From positions 1 through 64,000 of the forward strand of contig CAUYUJ010000314.1 in assembly GCA_963575745.1 (NCBI GenBank): 64,000 nt of DNA. Direction: 5' to 3'. Below are positions 63,291 through 64,000 of the stretch, in pieces (positions within the stretch are counted from its first letter, which is position 1; every line of letters begins with the position of its first letter). The notes below the pieces were generated by a model, which searched no databases, was not told the DNA's origin, and saw only the letters and a program-made list of their open reading frames with translations. The position numbers were made by a program, and so were the translations under genes. Origin of the DNA: Prorocentrum cordatum (taxonomy: Eukaryota).

Positions 63291-63930
63291 TGTGCAAGAG
63301 AACCGAGGGGGGTCGATACCGGCCTGGCTGGGATAGTCTGAACTCACAGGTAGGATGGACCTTGGGTCAGAATCGTATCTGTTTTGCATCGTCTCCTGGT
63401 GAGTGGATAAGGCCGGGGGGGGGAGGGCGGTAGAACATTTTTCTTCTTTAGAAAAGAGAATTATTGGATTTCCCAGTAGGGGCTCCACTAGTGGAACCCT
63501 TGCTAAGGGTTATACTGGTGGAGTCCATAGTAGGGGCTCCATTAATGGAGCCGGTGCTAAGGACTCGACTCGAGGAACCCGTAATAGGCGCTCCACTTCC
63601 TAGTAGGGACTCCAGTAGTGCTTACAAGGAATTCCAGTTGTGGGGGCTCTACTACTTGTAGCTTCCGCAGTGGATTCCCGCGCAAGGATTCGCGTGGATT
63701 CCTCGCTGCGCCTGTGCGCACATGCTTTTCCTTTGCAGGGATCCGTCGGGGTGAGGAAGGAGGCCGCAGGAGCTTGGAGGAGCGAAGTGGAACGGCCTTG
63801 TTGTGTATGCTGTGGGGATGTTGTGGGGTGGGGTGGGGCGGGGTGTTGTGGTTTTCCGGGGGGGGGGGGTCCGACGAATCGGCGCTGGCCGCCCTTACTT
63901 TGTTGTTGTTGTTGTTGCTGTTGCTGTTGC

Positions 63931-63978
<48 letters not shown>

Positions 63979-64000
63979 CGTTTCTGTTTCTGTTGCTGTC

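Overview
GC-rich, repeat-dense eukaryotic nuclear DNA, probably from a dinoflagellate. That is an inference from GC splice donors, short exons in long microsatellite-rich introns and the style of the copia element. Main contents: (1) a decayed ~10.5 kb Ty1/copia LTR retrotransposon (513-10976) with LTRs, an iMet-type PBS and a PPT. (2) Nested in it, a 1.1 kb insertion of 2.5 tandem 442-bp monomers flanked by a 12-bp TSD. The two complete monomers each carry a type III hammerhead ribozyme on the minus strand, so this is a retrozyme-like element. (3) The terminal exon of a PLOD-type glycosyltransferase-like gene. (4) An apparently intact ~5.85 kb Merlin/IS1595-type DNA transposon (28262-34110; identical 40-bp TIRs, 9-bp TSD). 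Besides its transposase it carries a 3-exon gene for a CRESS-virus-Rep-like SF3 helicase, split by two hairpin introns. (5) A 5-6 exon host gene for a four-transmembrane, Cys-loop (tetraspanin-like) protein spread over ~16 kb. (6) Many MITE-like inverted repeats, 82-bp and 89-bp satellites and long microsatellites. Most ORFs in the supplied track are artefacts of GC-rich or low-complexity DNA. All calls are from manual reading; no database searches were run.
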